Shown: positions 1-10,164 of the stretch, piece after piece | Position numbering within the stretch: the first letter of the stretch is position 1 | Layout: each line of letters starts with the position of its first letter | Source of the DNA: a virus | Taxonomy: Duplodnaviria; Caudoviricetes | DNA length: 64,000 bases | Direction: 5' to 3' (one strand) | Virus record (IMG/VR): IMGVR_UViG_3300028864_000017 | Notes under the pieces: model-generated | Database searches by the model: none | What the model was told of the DNA's origin: nothing | The model's input: the letters and a program-made list of their open reading frames with translations, nothing else | Made by a program: the position numbers and the translations under genes

Positions 1-167
1 AATTTATCAGATCCTTTTCGATATTCTCCAAAATATTGCTTGAAGTTCTTTATCCTTGGTTCCTCCCCATAATTAGTTCCAGCAAAAGGAATTTTACCTT
101 CTGGCCCTGCAACAGATGGAAAATAAAAATTATGATCTGTTGATTTAGTATCAAAGCTTGTAATCAT
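1..167 (-). CDS. hypothetical protein, runs off left edge
   Basis: ATG at 167 overlapping the upstream stop; open frame MITSFDTKSTDHNFYFPSVAGPEGK... to position 1. Confidence 0.6.
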   Translation of the reverse strand, partial: MITSFDTKSTDHNFYFPSVAGPEGKIPFAGTNYGEEPRIKNFKQYFGEYRKGSDK

Positions 168-505
168 TATAAATTATATTTTTTTGAGTTTTTTAATATT
201 TTCATTTCCTTTATAAAAGGTTTAATATCATCAAAATTTACCAGTAATGTATCCTTTTCATATTTAAAATTTTCTCCGCATCTTAGAATAAGATCAAACA
301 TATCTTTATAATCAATATAAGATTCTTTTGTAATGGCTACACGAGTTTTAGTGTTTATTTCATAAAAAATATTATCAGATGTATCTATATAAGAATAGCA
401 TGTCATTTGATACAATTTTAACGAATCATCCCATAAATCTAAAAATAATTCTTTAGCTTCATCAGCTAAATTTTTACCTTCACTTTGAAATCTATCTATT
501 TCCAT
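167..505 (-). CDS. hypothetical protein, terminal-tag family
   Basis: ORF track; ends KKYNL; coupled to neighbours. Confidence 0.75.
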   Translation of the reverse strand: MEIDRFQSEGKNLADEAKELFLDLWDDSLKLYQMTCYSYIDTSDNIFYEINTKTRVAITKESYIDYKDMFDLILRCGENFKYEKDTLLVNFDDIKPFIKEMKILKNSKKYNL

Positions 506-936
506 TATATGTTGAATTTTTTTGAATCTATTTTTGTGTATAAATCATCTAAACATATTTCAACATTGTTATGAAATGTCAAAGAAATTTTTGTTGATGA
601 ATTACTCCCAGGATATATCACGAAATCACAACGGTCTTCTATGTAAGTCAAAAATAGTTTAAAATTATTATAATTATTAGATAACCTTAATTTATCACTG
701 GAAAAATTACTTATCTTATCTGAAACATTAATTATTAATAATAAATTGTCATATTCTTCAAAATATTCGTATTTAATGAAGCATTTTAAATCACTAAAAA
801 ATGTTTTTTTTAATAAAGATATATATTCTTCACATTTCTTTATCCTATCATCTATAACTTTAGAATCTCCTATTTTTTTCAATGAAATTTTATCTTTTTT
901 ACTAAAAAAACCTTCATTGAATTTATCTATTTTCAT
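505..936 (-). CDS. hypothetical protein, terminal-tag family
   Basis: starts MKIDKFNE, ends KKFNI. Confidence 0.8.
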   Translation of the reverse strand: MKIDKFNEGFFSKKDKISLKKIGDSKVIDDRIKKCEEYISLLKKTFFSDLKCFIKYEYFEEYDNLLLIINVSDKISNFSSDKLRLSNNYNNFKLFLTYIEDRCDFVIYPGSNSSTKISLTFHNNVEICLDDLYTKIDSKKFNI

Positions 937-938
937 TA

Positions 939-1271
939 TTATACATTAAATTTTCTTGAATTTAGCAATAGTTTAATATTATCAATAAGTTTATTAAAAT
1001 CTGTTATGCTTGCATACATAACGCCAGAAATTAATTGAAATCTTGAATCAGAATCGTTTAAAACATTACACAGTTCATTATATTCTACAAAATTATCACT
1101 CGTAATAGACATACTAATATTAAAAGATAGATTAAATCTGACATTAGTATCTATTTTAAAACTTGAAATTCCTAATTTATCGTCCCATAATTCTAAAAAC
1201 AAAGATTTAACTTTATTTACAAAATTGTCATAATCTTCTCTATTATTTTCATTAAATTTTTCTATTTTCAT
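939..1271 (-). CDS. hypothetical protein, terminal-tag family (similar to 167..505)
   Basis: starts MKIEKFNE, ends RKFNV; LFLELWDD resembles LFLDLWDD in 167..505. Confidence 0.8.
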   Translation of the reverse strand: MKIEKFNENNREDYDNFVNKVKSLFLELWDDKLGISSFKIDTNVRFNLSFNISMSITSDNFVEYNELCNVLNDSDSRFQLISGVMYASITDFNKLIDNIKLLLNSRKFNV

Positions 1272-1272
1272 A

Positions 1273-2688
1273 TTACCATTTTTTTCCTTTTGTGAATGGT
1301 ATTTTCATATCTTTCAAATCTTCTGGTCCTTTTTTAATATCTTCTCCAGTTGGTGTAGTGTGAAAATAATTGTTAGTATCAGTTGCAATCTTAACAGAAT
1401 CATCTATAATTGCATTTGGTCCAAGCTTACACATTCTTATAACAGAATTTCCTTTTACTCTACAGTTAATCATACATTGATATAAATAACAATCACTAAC
1501 TTCTGAATCTAAATCAATCGTAGCACTTTCAATTTTAGAATTCAATATATCAGTATCAGAAATTTCTCCGCCATGAATAGTACCATTAACTAATTCTGAT
1601 GAGATAAAATTACAGCTTGTATATCTACCATTATTCATAGAGCATTCAATAAAATCTAAATCATATAAATCAAATATTGTTTTAAAAGTTGCATCAACCA
1701 ATTCAATTCTATTAACTTCAGTATCTAAATTTATAATACAATCTTTAAGATTATAAATATTTCTAACCATGTCAAATATCTTAGTATAAATAGTATCATA
1801 ATAAGCTTTCACTATACTATAATCATTCAATTTATCTACTTGAATATCAATTGTTGGAAATTCTGCAATAAAATCATTATAATTTGAAAATGTTTTGAAT
1901 ATATTAATATTTTCAAATAAATATTTTTGTAATTTTTTTAAATCATTATCATCCAATTTAGCATCACAACAATTCCAAGTAATTGCCATAAAATAATCCA
2001 TTAATGATAATATCTCAGATGATTTCTGATTATAATTATCTCCTCCAATATATCTCCACTCTAATCTTTGTCCAGATGCTTCAATATTTTCTGCTGGTAT
2101 AAAATTTATTCCATAATATTTAGTATTTCCTATTTGTACATTATTCTGTAATATATCTACTGCATTAGTAGAAAAATCAAAACCTTTGAATGGAATTAAT
2201 GTTTTAACACTTTTTGCATAGATATTATTTTTTCTTTCAGGAAAAAAGTTGTATATTCGTTCTTCATCTACAGATAAAATTAATTTTAACTTATTTAAAT
2301 TATCTAATACTTTACCATTACCTATATCATCAAAAGATATATTGATGTGAATAGAGCATTTTTCATCAGTTCTAGCATATTTATCAAGAACTTTTAAAAT
2401 TTTCAATAAAATTATTTTAGAATTTACATAAGGTATTGGTCCAGTAATTAATTCTACAAGATCAGCACCACCTGATAAATCTGGTTCAATTTTAAAATTA
2501 TTTTCATCTGGAGTAAAAGTTGAGTGATATTTTCTATAACCATGTACCTGAATAGGAGCAAGAGTATTATTTAATAATTCAATTAATTTAAAATATGATT
2601 TATCGGTATAAAATTCAAATTCAAACCCTATAACAGAATTTTTTAATTTGTTAAAATCTGTAATATATTCATTAGAGTAGATTTTCAT
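1273..2688 (-). CDS. putative amidoligase (COOH-NH2 ligase type 2) with C-terminal repetitive beta-solenoid-like region
   Basis: GFEFEF, ELITGP, SIHINIS, KYYGIN, RLEWRYIGG motifs. Confidence 0.75.
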   Translation of the reverse strand: MKIYSNEYITDFNKLKNSVIGFEFEFYTDKSYFKLIELLNNTLAPIQVHGYRKYHSTFTPDENNFKIEPDLSGGADLVELITGPIPYVNSKIILLKILKVLDKYARTDEKCSIHINISFDDIGNGKVLDNLNKLKLILSVDEERIYNFFPERKNNIYAKSVKTLIPFKGFDFSTNAVDILQNNVQIGNTKYYGINFIPAENIEASGQRLEWRYIGGDNYNQKSSEILSLMDYFMAITWNCCDAKLDDNDLKKLQKYLFENINIFKTFSNYNDFIAEFPTIDIQVDKLNDYSIVKAYYDTIYTKIFDMVRNIYNLKDCIINLDTEVNRIELVDATFKTIFDLYDLDFIECSMNNGRYTSCNFISSELVNGTIHGGEISDTDILNSKIESATIDLDSEVSDCYLYQCMINCRVKGNSVIRMCKLGPNAIIDDSVKIATDTNNYFHTTPTGEDIKKGPEDLKDMKIPFTKGKKW

Positions 2689-2772
2689 TAATATTATATT
2701 ATATTTTCAAGTATATATAAAAAAAAATTCATCAAAAAATTAATATATACTTTCACAAAAAACAAGGAAATT

Positions 2773-3495
2773 ATGGAAATAAAAAGATTTAACGAAGAAA
2801 TAAAAACAGTACCATTCTCAAAAATTGATAAATGGAGTGTTAATAATATACTACAGCCAAAAATTAAAATAGGCAATAAAGAATTAGATTTAAAATTAGG
2901 TTCTAAAGTTTTAGAGTTGTTTAATAATTACGGATTTGATATTAATGTAAATGTATTTGATTGGATGAAAAAACAGCATCTGTTACTGTCAGATGAAACA
3001 AATTTTATTGAAAATAGAGTTGAAGTTGGAAAAAAACAGTCATGGGAAGATTTTCTAGATGATAATGGATACGAATATGATGATTTACCTGAAAATGAAC
3101 AAAAGAAGATAGACGAGGAATTTGAAAATAGAGGATTCGTTAATGATGAAGCAGAAATAGAATTCTCTGTATTTTTACCAGAAAATTTAGAAAATATTGA
3201 ATATGCAGCATTGGCAGATGCTTCTGTATATTTGAAAATTCTATCTGATAGTGAATTAAATGGAGTTTTAAATGGTAATACAGATTATCGTATATTATCA
3301 GATGAACCATTTGGATTTAAAAAATTTTTAAACTTTAAAAAAATAAAAATAACTAATAATAATATTGAAGAAGTTCCAAGTATTGAACATAGACTATACA
3401 AAGATAGTAAAGTGTTTGAGATATTTAAAAGAGAGCTTGGAGGAGATCAAAATTTTAGAAATTTTTTCAATGAATGGTTATCATTAATAAAATAA
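2773..3495 (+). CDS. hypothetical protein
   Basis: 240 aa ORF; starts MEIKRFNEE. Confidence 0.75.
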   Translation: MEIKRFNEEIKTVPFSKIDKWSVNNILQPKIKIGNKELDLKLGSKVLELFNNYGFDINVNVFDWMKKQHLLLSDETNFIENRVEVGKKQSWEDFLDDNGYEYDDLPENEQKKIDEEFENRGFVNDEAEIEFSVFLPENLENIEYAALADASVYLKILSDSELNGVLNGNTDYRILSDEPFGFKKFLNFKKIKITNNNIEEVPSIEHRLYKDSKVFEIFKRELGGDQNFRNFFNEWLSLIK

Positions 3496-3986
3496 TAGAA
3501 ATGATATTTGGATATAAAAAGAAAGAGTTATATGACTCATTTATAATAAATTTCATACCTAATGAAATTGATATGTATTGTGAGCCATTTGGTGGTAACT
3601 ACTGTGTTTTTAATTATTTAAAAATTAAACCTAATTTTTCAATTTATAATGACATAAATACTTATGATAAAAAAATTGATGCTAATATAATTCATCACTT
3701 AGATTATAAAGAAATTTTCAGTATGTATAATACTGAAAATATTTTTTGGTATTTAGACCCTCCATATTATAAAAAAGAATTTTTATATGAAAATTGTGAG
3801 AATTATAATGAAAATTTTCATATAGAACTAAAAAATGAAATTGATAAGCTCAAAGGAAAAGTTATTATATCATATGAGGATAACCAATTCATAAGAAAAT
3901 TATATAAAGATTATAATATTAATAAATATAGTGGAGATAATTTTATTTTTAGAAATGAAATAATAATAACAAATGAGAGAAACTGA
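3474..3986 (+). CDS. short Dam-like DNA adenine methyltransferase (probable start 3501)
   Basis: YCEPFGG (motif I-like), YNDIN, YLDPPYY (motif IV), ISYED, EIIITN; alpha-class order. Confidence 0.7.
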   Translation: MVIINKIIEMIFGYKKKELYDSFIINFIPNEIDMYCEPFGGNYCVFNYLKIKPNFSIYNDINTYDKKIDANIIHHLDYKEIFSMYNTENIFWYLDPPYYKKEFLYENCENYNENFHIELKNEIDKLKGKVIISYEDNQFIRKLYKDYNINKYSGDNFIFRNEIIITNERN

Positions 3987-4401
3987 TATCATTAAAATTA
4001 TAGATGAAATGTTAAAAACAAAATTTCATAACTTGAGCTATAGAGATTATTATGGATTAAACGAAAAATATTTAATTTCTGTTCATCCGTATGCAATACA
4101 CATATATAAAATCATAAAACCTATTAATAATTGGATAAATATTTTAAATGATATAAATTTTGGAACAGGAAATTATATAAAATTAATAATAGATTATCAT
4201 AAATCAGATTATATAAATGATATATGTCTTTATAATCCATGTGAAATATATGAAAAAGTGTCTGGATATAACTCTTTAATGGAAAATGATAATATTGGAG
4301 AGACAAGTGATTATTGGGATAATAAAAAAGACATATTCAACAAATACCTAATTACACATAAAAGAAAAGAAAAATTAATTAATATAAATAAGTCAATATG
4401 A
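3973..4401 (+). CDS. hypothetical protein, C-terminal RKxKL family
   Basis: ends KRKEKLININKSI. Confidence 0.7.
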   Translation: MRETDIIKIIDEMLKTKFHNLSYRDYYGLNEKYLISVHPYAIHIYKIIKPINNWINILNDINFGTGNYIKLIIDYHKSDYINDICLYNPCEIYEKVSGYNSLMENDNIGETSDYWDNKKDIFNKYLITHKRKEKLININKSI

Positions 4402-4931
4402 AAACATGCTATAGCGGAGGTGCATCTGGATCAGATTATATATTTGAGCAAGAATCAATTAAAAAAGGAATAAAAGTCATATCTTTTTCTTTTGAAGGAC
4501 ATAACACAAAATCAGATAATAAATATATTCTATCAACAAATCAGATAAAAGAAGGTTATGAACATATAAAAATTGCTAATGAAAGACTAAATAGAAACAT
4601 AAAGAATATTTCTTCATATGTAAAATATCTAATATCAAGAGATTGGTTTCAAGTAAAATGTTCTGATACAATATTTGCAATTGGTACTCTTGAAAATGAA
4701 ACTAATGTCAGAGGTGGAACAGGTTATGCTTGTTCTTGTGCGATTGACAATCACAAACCAGTATATTTATTTGAGCAAAATGTGAACCAGTGGCATTATT
4801 TTGATTATGAGTCAAACGCATTTGAAATATATGAAGGTATTCCAAAATTAACTGAAAAATTTGCAGGAATTGGAACAAGAAATATAAATGAAAATGGAAT
4901 GAATGCAATAATAAGTTTATTTAAATATTAA
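4398..4931 (+). CDS. SLOG/YspA-like nucleotide-binding protein
   Basis: YSGGASGSD, RGGTGYA, FAGIGTR glycine-rich motifs. Confidence 0.6.
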   Translation: MKTCYSGGASGSDYIFEQESIKKGIKVISFSFEGHNTKSDNKYILSTNQIKEGYEHIKIANERLNRNIKNISSYVKYLISRDWFQVKCSDTIFAIGTLENETNVRGGTGYACSCAIDNHKPVYLFEQNVNQWHYFDYESNAFEIYEGIPKLTEKFAGIGTRNINENGMNAIISLFKY

Positions 4932-5259
4932 ATTTATCAGATAAATTTTTAATTTTCTGTTCTTTAATTTCATCAGGTGTAGCTAATATTAAATCTGCAT
5001 CAGAAAACGGCATAGTATAATCAAAGTTACTAGTATAATATTTTTTTATATAATCTAATATTTCAATAGGAATATTTTCAAATTTGACATTATAATATTT
5101 AAAATTGTCATGTTTATCATAATCTATGGATTCAATTTTTCCGATATTATTCTCAAAAAAGTTTTTCAAATCTTTTGAATATGTCAATTCATGACATCTT
5201 ACATAATCACCTACGTTAAATCCAGAATTTAAATCTTCATAATGTTTTAAAAATTTCAT
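4921..5259 (-). CDS. hypothetical protein, terminal-tag family (start revised to 5259)
   Basis: MKFLKHYE...DKFNI; upstream in-frame extension overlaps a terminator. Confidence 0.75.
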   Translation of the reverse strand: MKFLKHYEDLNSGFNVGDYVRCHELTYSKDLKNFFENNIGKIESIDYDKHDNFKYYNVKFENIPIEILDYIKKYYTSNFDYTMPFSDADLILATPDEIKEQKIKNLSDKFNI

Positions 5260-5289
5260 ATTAAAAATTATTTTATAATAATTATATAT

Positions 5290-5320
5290 AAAAAAATCCA
5301 CAATAAATTGTGGATTTTTT
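5290..5320. terminator. intrinsic terminator hairpin
   Basis: aaaaaaatccaca-ataaat-tgtggatttttt. Confidence 0.7.
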
Positions 5321-5321
5321 A

Positions 5322-5570
5322 TTACCAAGCATCATTACTTTCTGGTAAATAATAAATATCATCCAAATAAGGACTAGAACAATTTTTATTTTTGTTTTCT
5401 ATCATTTCAGATTCACTAACAATGATAAAATTATAAAAACCATTATGAATACTTTCTTCTAATAAATTTGAAAGATCTTCATCAGATAAATTATAAAGAT
5501 CTGATTGTTTTTTAATAATTGCATTAATTGCGAATTCTCTTGTTACTATATGTGTTGTTTTTATGCTCAT
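5322..5570 (-). CDS. hypothetical protein
   Basis: ORF track; operon spacing. Confidence 0.7.
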   Translation of the reverse strand: MSIKTTHIVTREFAINAIIKKQSDLYNLSDEDLSNLLEESIHNGFYNFIIVSESEMIENKNKNCSSPYLDDIYYLPESNDAW

Positions 5571-5572
5571 TT

Positions 5573-5797
5573 TTAAATTATTTCTCTATAATTAATATTT
5601 TTTGTTGAATTTTCATTGATTCCTATTCTACGAAGTTTTCTAACGACTGATCCTTTTTTATAAATAGTTAATATACAATCTTCAGTATCTATTTCAGATG
5701 TTTTAATTTTTCCTGTATATTTATTAAAATCTTCTGAATTTTCAAAAACAAATTCAACATTTTTCTTTTCTTTTTCTACAGTGACTTTTTCTTTCAT
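5573..5797 (-). CDS. hypothetical protein
   Basis: ORF track; start overlaps upstream stop. Confidence 0.65.
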   Translation of the reverse strand: MKEKVTVEKEKKNVEFVFENSEDFNKYTGKIKTSEIDTEDCILTIYKKGSVVRKLRRIGINENSTKNINYREII

Positions 5798-6543
5798 TAC
5801 ATTTCATTTTTTTTTCTAATTTTGCCTTCCTCTACATTTTTTTCAGCAATATTAATATATTCTCCTGATATATCAAAACCGATATACTTTCTACCTAATC
5901 TTTTTGCAACAAGAGCAGTTGTGCCTACTCCCATAAAAGGATCTAATACTACATCTCCTTCTTTAGTAGTTGCATTTATACAATGTTCAACTAATTCTTC
6001 TGGAAAAGGAGCTGGATGAGGAATATTCATTTTTGGTGATATTCTCCAAATACTTTTTTGTTCAATCAAATCTCTTTTATTGAAAATTGGTGCTTTTTTA
6101 TTATCTTTTGTTAACCAATATACTAATTCATATACTGGTTGAAAAAAATATAAAGAATTATTAACATCAGCTTTTCTATCCCAAATAATTGTTTGATAAA
6201 TATTTATATTTGATTTACTAACCCATTCATATGGAGAATACTCTGTTTTATCATATCTTCTATTTTTATGATTATAAAAAAATGAGCCACCAGGTTTTAA
6301 TACTCTCTGAATTTCATTTAATATTTCTATTTGCCATTTCTGATACTCATCTTCAGGCATATTATCTTCAAAATTATCATATGTGATATATCCATCCCAA
6401 TCTCCACCTTTTTGCTTTTTTCCTTTCATGAGTCCAAGTTTATTATATGGTGGTGAAGATACTCCAGCATCAATACTATTATCATCTAGTTTTCTTAATC
6501 CTTCTAATACATCCATCTGATATATTTTATTAAATTCTAGCAT
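5797..6543 (-). CDS. DNA methyltransferase, N4-C/N6-A beta class
   Basis: SSPPYN, HPAPFPEELV, VLDPFMGVGTT. Confidence 0.92.
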   Translation of the reverse strand: MLEFNKIYQMDVLEGLRKLDDNSIDAGVSSPPYNKLGLMKGKKQKGGDWDGYITYDNFEDNMPEDEYQKWQIEILNEIQRVLKPGGSFFYNHKNRRYDKTEYSPYEWVSKSNINIYQTIIWDRKADVNNSLYFFQPVYELVYWLTKDNKKAPIFNKRDLIEQKSIWRISPKMNIPHPAPFPEELVEHCINATTKEGDVVLDPFMGVGTTALVAKRLGRKYIGFDISGEYINIAEKNVEEGKIRKKNEM

Positions 6544-6589
6544 TTATTATTTGTTTTTTTTGTTTTTAATTATAATATAAATTATTTAA

Positions 6590-7435
6590 TCATGCATAAG
6601 ATGACAAATCAACGACAATTTCTGGTACAATATTTCTGCATAAAAAAGAACAATTTCCAACAAATCCGTGTTTTTTGTTATATTTTCTTTGTGATAATAC
6701 ATAAATACATTCATCTTTATCATCACAAAAATAAATATAAGTATAACCATTATCATCTATTCTCATCTTAACTGTTATGTAATCACAATTAACAAAATTA
6801 TTTATATCTAATTTTTTTAAAAATAAAATATCATCACTACTATCAGATTTTGATAAAAAATATTTAATATTCTCAAGTTGTTTTTCTTTATATGCATAAC
6901 CAATTTCCGAAAATGATATTATATCAATACATTTTTCTCTAGTTATTTTTCCAATTTTTGTCAATAAACTAAAATTGTTTTTTATTTTATTGAAGTCAGA
7001 TTCACTTTTAAATAAATTATTTAATATAGGTATATTCAATAATTCACAAAAAATTAATGGTTTAATATTAGAATCCACTCCTTTAAAAAAATTTTTTTTA
7101 TTTAAATCTTTAGGAAATTTCATAATATTATTAATATCATAATAATTTTTAACATCAGCAATTATAAAGTTATTAAAATTAGTTATTAATAAATCACCTC
7201 GATATGCACTACAGCAATTAAGTCCTGGTATCTTTATTTTTTTTAATTTAATATATTCACATTTAATTATTTTTCTATCAATATTATTTATCTTATTTTT
7301 AGAATCTATATCTTTAACTTCTTTATGTGATACACCAAACAAATCAAAGCTAAGCTCATGATTTGTATTTTTATTAACTTTACTTAAATCATTTTTAAAT
7401 GATTCTTGAAATTTATCTCCTGTTATTTTTTTCAT
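6590..7435 (-). CDS. hypothetical protein
   Basis: 281 aa ORF, no motif recognised. Confidence 0.75.
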   Translation of the reverse strand: MKKITGDKFQESFKNDLSKVNKNTNHELSFDLFGVSHKEVKDIDSKNKINNIDRKIIKCEYIKLKKIKIPGLNCCSAYRGDLLITNFNNFIIADVKNYYDINNIMKFPKDLNKKNFFKGVDSNIKPLIFCELLNIPILNNLFKSESDFNKIKNNFSLLTKIGKITREKCIDIISFSEIGYAYKEKQLENIKYFLSKSDSSDDILFLKKLDINNFVNCDYITVKMRIDDNGYTYIYFCDDKDECIYVLSQRKYNKKHGFVGNCSFLCRNIVPEIVVDLSSYA

Positions 7436-7509
7436 ATTTATTTTACGTTATTAAATATATATTATAAATATGATAATTTGTTTGATAATTAATCAACAAC
7501 AATATTTGT

Positions 7510-8871
7510 TTAAAATTGAAAGATTGAATTCAAAACTGACAATCTTTTATTTATTGTAGGTAATCCAATTGGTTCAAGAAACCTATTTACGATGTGAAGC
7601 ATTGTCACATCAAATTGTTCATCATAATCTATTTTAACACCTTCTTTTTCACATATTTCATATGGATATAATCCTCTTTGATATGCAAATACGCTATTTT
7701 TAACATGATTACAATAAAAATATTTTATACGTCCTCCTCTAATATTATCATACTTTGTTTTATATTCAGAGTTTTTATTTAATAAGTAATTGTGTAAAGC
7801 TGCAGCTTTAACTGCAAAGTGAGCACCCTTAACACATAAAACATCAGTAACATCATCAATAACTTTAATTGGATAATTAGTGCAACTTGAAGTCATACTA
7901 ATATCTTCAATATTAGCCATCATGAATTGTTTTTTCAAATCTTTCACAATTAGTAATATTTTTCTAATATTCAAATTATTAGGATTAGAAAATATATATC
8001 TCAAAAACTCATAAATATTTTCTCTAACAAATGGAGGGGTAGATGATTTAACAATTTCAACACCTTTTGGATAAAAATAACTCATACTTTCATAAAATAA
8101 GCCATCTTCCCAAGCTACATTATTTATATAATGCTTTTTTTGTATGTGTAATGCTGATCTATTAATTGTTTCTAATTCAAAGTTGTGTATATTCTTAACT
8201 CCATATCTTGCAGCATATTCATCTAGCCAACCATTATATTTTTTTTCTATAAAAACTCTATCCATATGAAGAATGAAGTCTAATTCATCTCCATTAAATC
8301 CACATGACTTTATCATAGGAGCGAATGAAATATATAATGAATCAGTATCGCCGTAAATTGTAATTGGAACATCTTTTGGTAACTGAGTTACATTAGAGAA
8401 ATCATGAATAAATCTACTAAATAATACATTATAACCATTTAATTCTTTTTTATCTTCAACTAAATCATTACGATAGTAATTCAATTTTTCTAATAAATTA
8501 TCAACTGATTCATATTTATAATGAATATTATCTCCATTTCTATCTAATAAATAAAAACTACCATCTTTTTCAGCAATATATTCTAATCCAAGTAGTTGAT
8601 GAGTCTTTACATCTAAGTGCCATTCTTTATAGAAATATGTTTCTATTTTTTTAAGCATATAATTTATAACATCACGTCCTTGAGCAGTAATAGCATTTGC
8701 AATATGAGAATTTGACAATACAAATTTAGGATGAGCGAATGCTCCATATGTACCGTTAATAACCAATTTCAAAGCTAATTGCATTGCTTTTGCTCTATCA
8801 TAATCAGCCTTAGTTACATCAATTTTTGTTTTTAATTCTGCTATTTTATCTCTCTTTTCTTGTGCTGTCAT
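7510..8871 (-). CDS. family B DNA polymerase, C-terminal subunit (fingers/palm/thumb; gp43B-like)
   Basis: KLVINGTYG (motif B), YGDTDSLY (motif C), KKHY, KGVEIVKSSTP; no exonuclease domain or motif A. Confidence 0.9.
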   Translation of the reverse strand: MTAQEKRDKIAELKTKIDVTKADYDRAKAMQLALKLVINGTYGAFAHPKFVLSNSHIANAITAQGRDVINYMLKKIETYFYKEWHLDVKTHQLLGLEYIAEKDGSFYLLDRNGDNIHYKYESVDNLLEKLNYYRNDLVEDKKELNGYNVLFSRFIHDFSNVTQLPKDVPITIYGDTDSLYISFAPMIKSCGFNGDELDFILHMDRVFIEKKYNGWLDEYAARYGVKNIHNFELETINRSALHIQKKHYINNVAWEDGLFYESMSYFYPKGVEIVKSSTPPFVRENIYEFLRYIFSNPNNLNIRKILLIVKDLKKQFMMANIEDISMTSSCTNYPIKVIDDVTDVLCVKGAHFAVKAAALHNYLLNKNSEYKTKYDNIRGGRIKYFYCNHVKNSVFAYQRGLYPYEICEKEGVKIDYDEQFDVTMLHIVNRFLEPIGLPTINKRLSVLNSIFQF

Positions 8872-8942
8872 TATATTTATTGTTTCTTATTATATCAATT
8901 ATTTTATAATTGGTTTAAATAAAAAATATTAAACTGACATAT

Positions 8943-8974
8943 AAAAAAAGAGATGATATTAATCATCTCTTTTT
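8943..8974. terminator. intrinsic terminator hairpin
   Basis: aaaaaaagagatgat-att-aatcatctcttttt. Confidence 0.75.
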
Positions 8975-9650
8975 ATATATTGTATTTATTTATTTTGTTT
9001 GATAACTCTATTAATTTTGATATTGAATCTCCTTCTAAATTTAATGATTTTAGATAATTATTAAATTCATCAATAAAATCTTCATTTATATCATACCATC
9101 TTTGATCTAATTTATCTAAATCTTCATTTTTATCATTATCATACTCACTATATTCTCCGTTATCTCCATTGTAACAATTAAAATTAACACTATCAAAATT
9201 AAAATCTTTCATTATTGAATATGCATCATATACTAATTTTTTAGAAATATGTTCTGATATTTTTAATTTTTCAAACAAAATAATCATTTTTTCATGAATA
9301 TCAACGTTATTATAAGGATTACCACCACGGTTATAATAACCTTTTGATTTAGAACTGGCATATCCATTATCATAATATTGTAGATGCCCGCCATTAAAAA
9401 CTTGTCCATTATAGTTACCAAGAAGAACACAAAAACACGGTAATGTTCCATATTTTTCTTTTACCAAATTTAAAAAATCATCATAATTAATATCAGATGA
9501 ATAATCTTTATATAAAACATCAATTATACCGTGAAATACATCACCTTTTGAAAAATCTTCATTTTTTAATAATAATGTTTTCAATTCTTTTTCATTTTTG
9601 AATAATATTATAGAATAACTATTTTCTTCATACATTTTAACATGTTTCAT
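8973..9650 (-). CDS. DUF4375/DMP19-like protein with terminal tags
   Basis: LGNYNGQVFNGGHLQYYDNG resembles the DMP19 family motif; acidic; MKHVKMYEE...NKYNI. Confidence 0.55.
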   Translation of the reverse strand: MKHVKMYEENSYSIILFKNEKELKTLLLKNEDFSKGDVFHGIIDVLYKDYSSDINYDDFLNLVKEKYGTLPCFCVLLGNYNGQVFNGGHLQYYDNGYASSKSKGYYNRGGNPYNNVDIHEKMIILFEKLKISEHISKKLVYDAYSIMKDFNFDSVNFNCYNGDNGEYSEYDNDKNEDLDKLDQRWYDINEDFIDEFNNYLKSLNLEGDSISKLIELSNKINKYNI

Positions 9651-9651
9651 A

Positions 9652-10164
9652 TTATAAATTAAATTTTTTTACTGAATTATCAAACTCATCTTTCTTTAAA
9701 TAATCTTTATATTTTTCTGGAAATTTAATAGCTATTTTATTAATATCATAATCAGTTAAAAAATCAAATGGTTTATGTCCTTGATTATTTTTGCAATATA
9801 ATGAAGATCCAGCAGATAATAACACAAACATTGATGCAACATCACTATTTATAGCTGATCTCATCAAAGGAGTATCATTATTATCATTTTTAGCTTCTAT
9901 TTCAGCACCAACTTCTATTAGTTTATAAATTAAGTCATGATAACATAACGTAGCAGCATAAGTCAAAGGAGTCTGTCCATTTTTAGATTTTATGTTTGGA
10001 TATGCTCCATCATCTAATAAATTTATCATTTTTATTGAAGGCTCCATGCTTCTACTATCTAAAGATTTCGCATCTAAAATTTTCATCAATTCTAATGTTG
10101 ATTCAATTTTTCTAATCTCAGAATAATCAGAATAATTTTCAAATATATTAAATTTTATTATCAT
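9652..10164 (-). CDS. ankyrin-repeat protein with terminal tags
   Basis: GQTPLTYAA...GAEIEAKNDNNDTPLMRSA repeats; ends KKFNL. Confidence 0.88.
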   Translation of the reverse strand: MIIKFNIFENYSDYSEIRKIESTLELMKILDAKSLDSRSMEPSIKMINLLDDGAYPNIKSKNGQTPLTYAATLCYHDLIYKLIEVGAEIEAKNDNNDTPLMRSAINSDVASMFVLLSAGSSLYCKNNQGHKPFDFLTDYDINKIAIKFPEKYKDYLKKDEFDNSVKKFNL

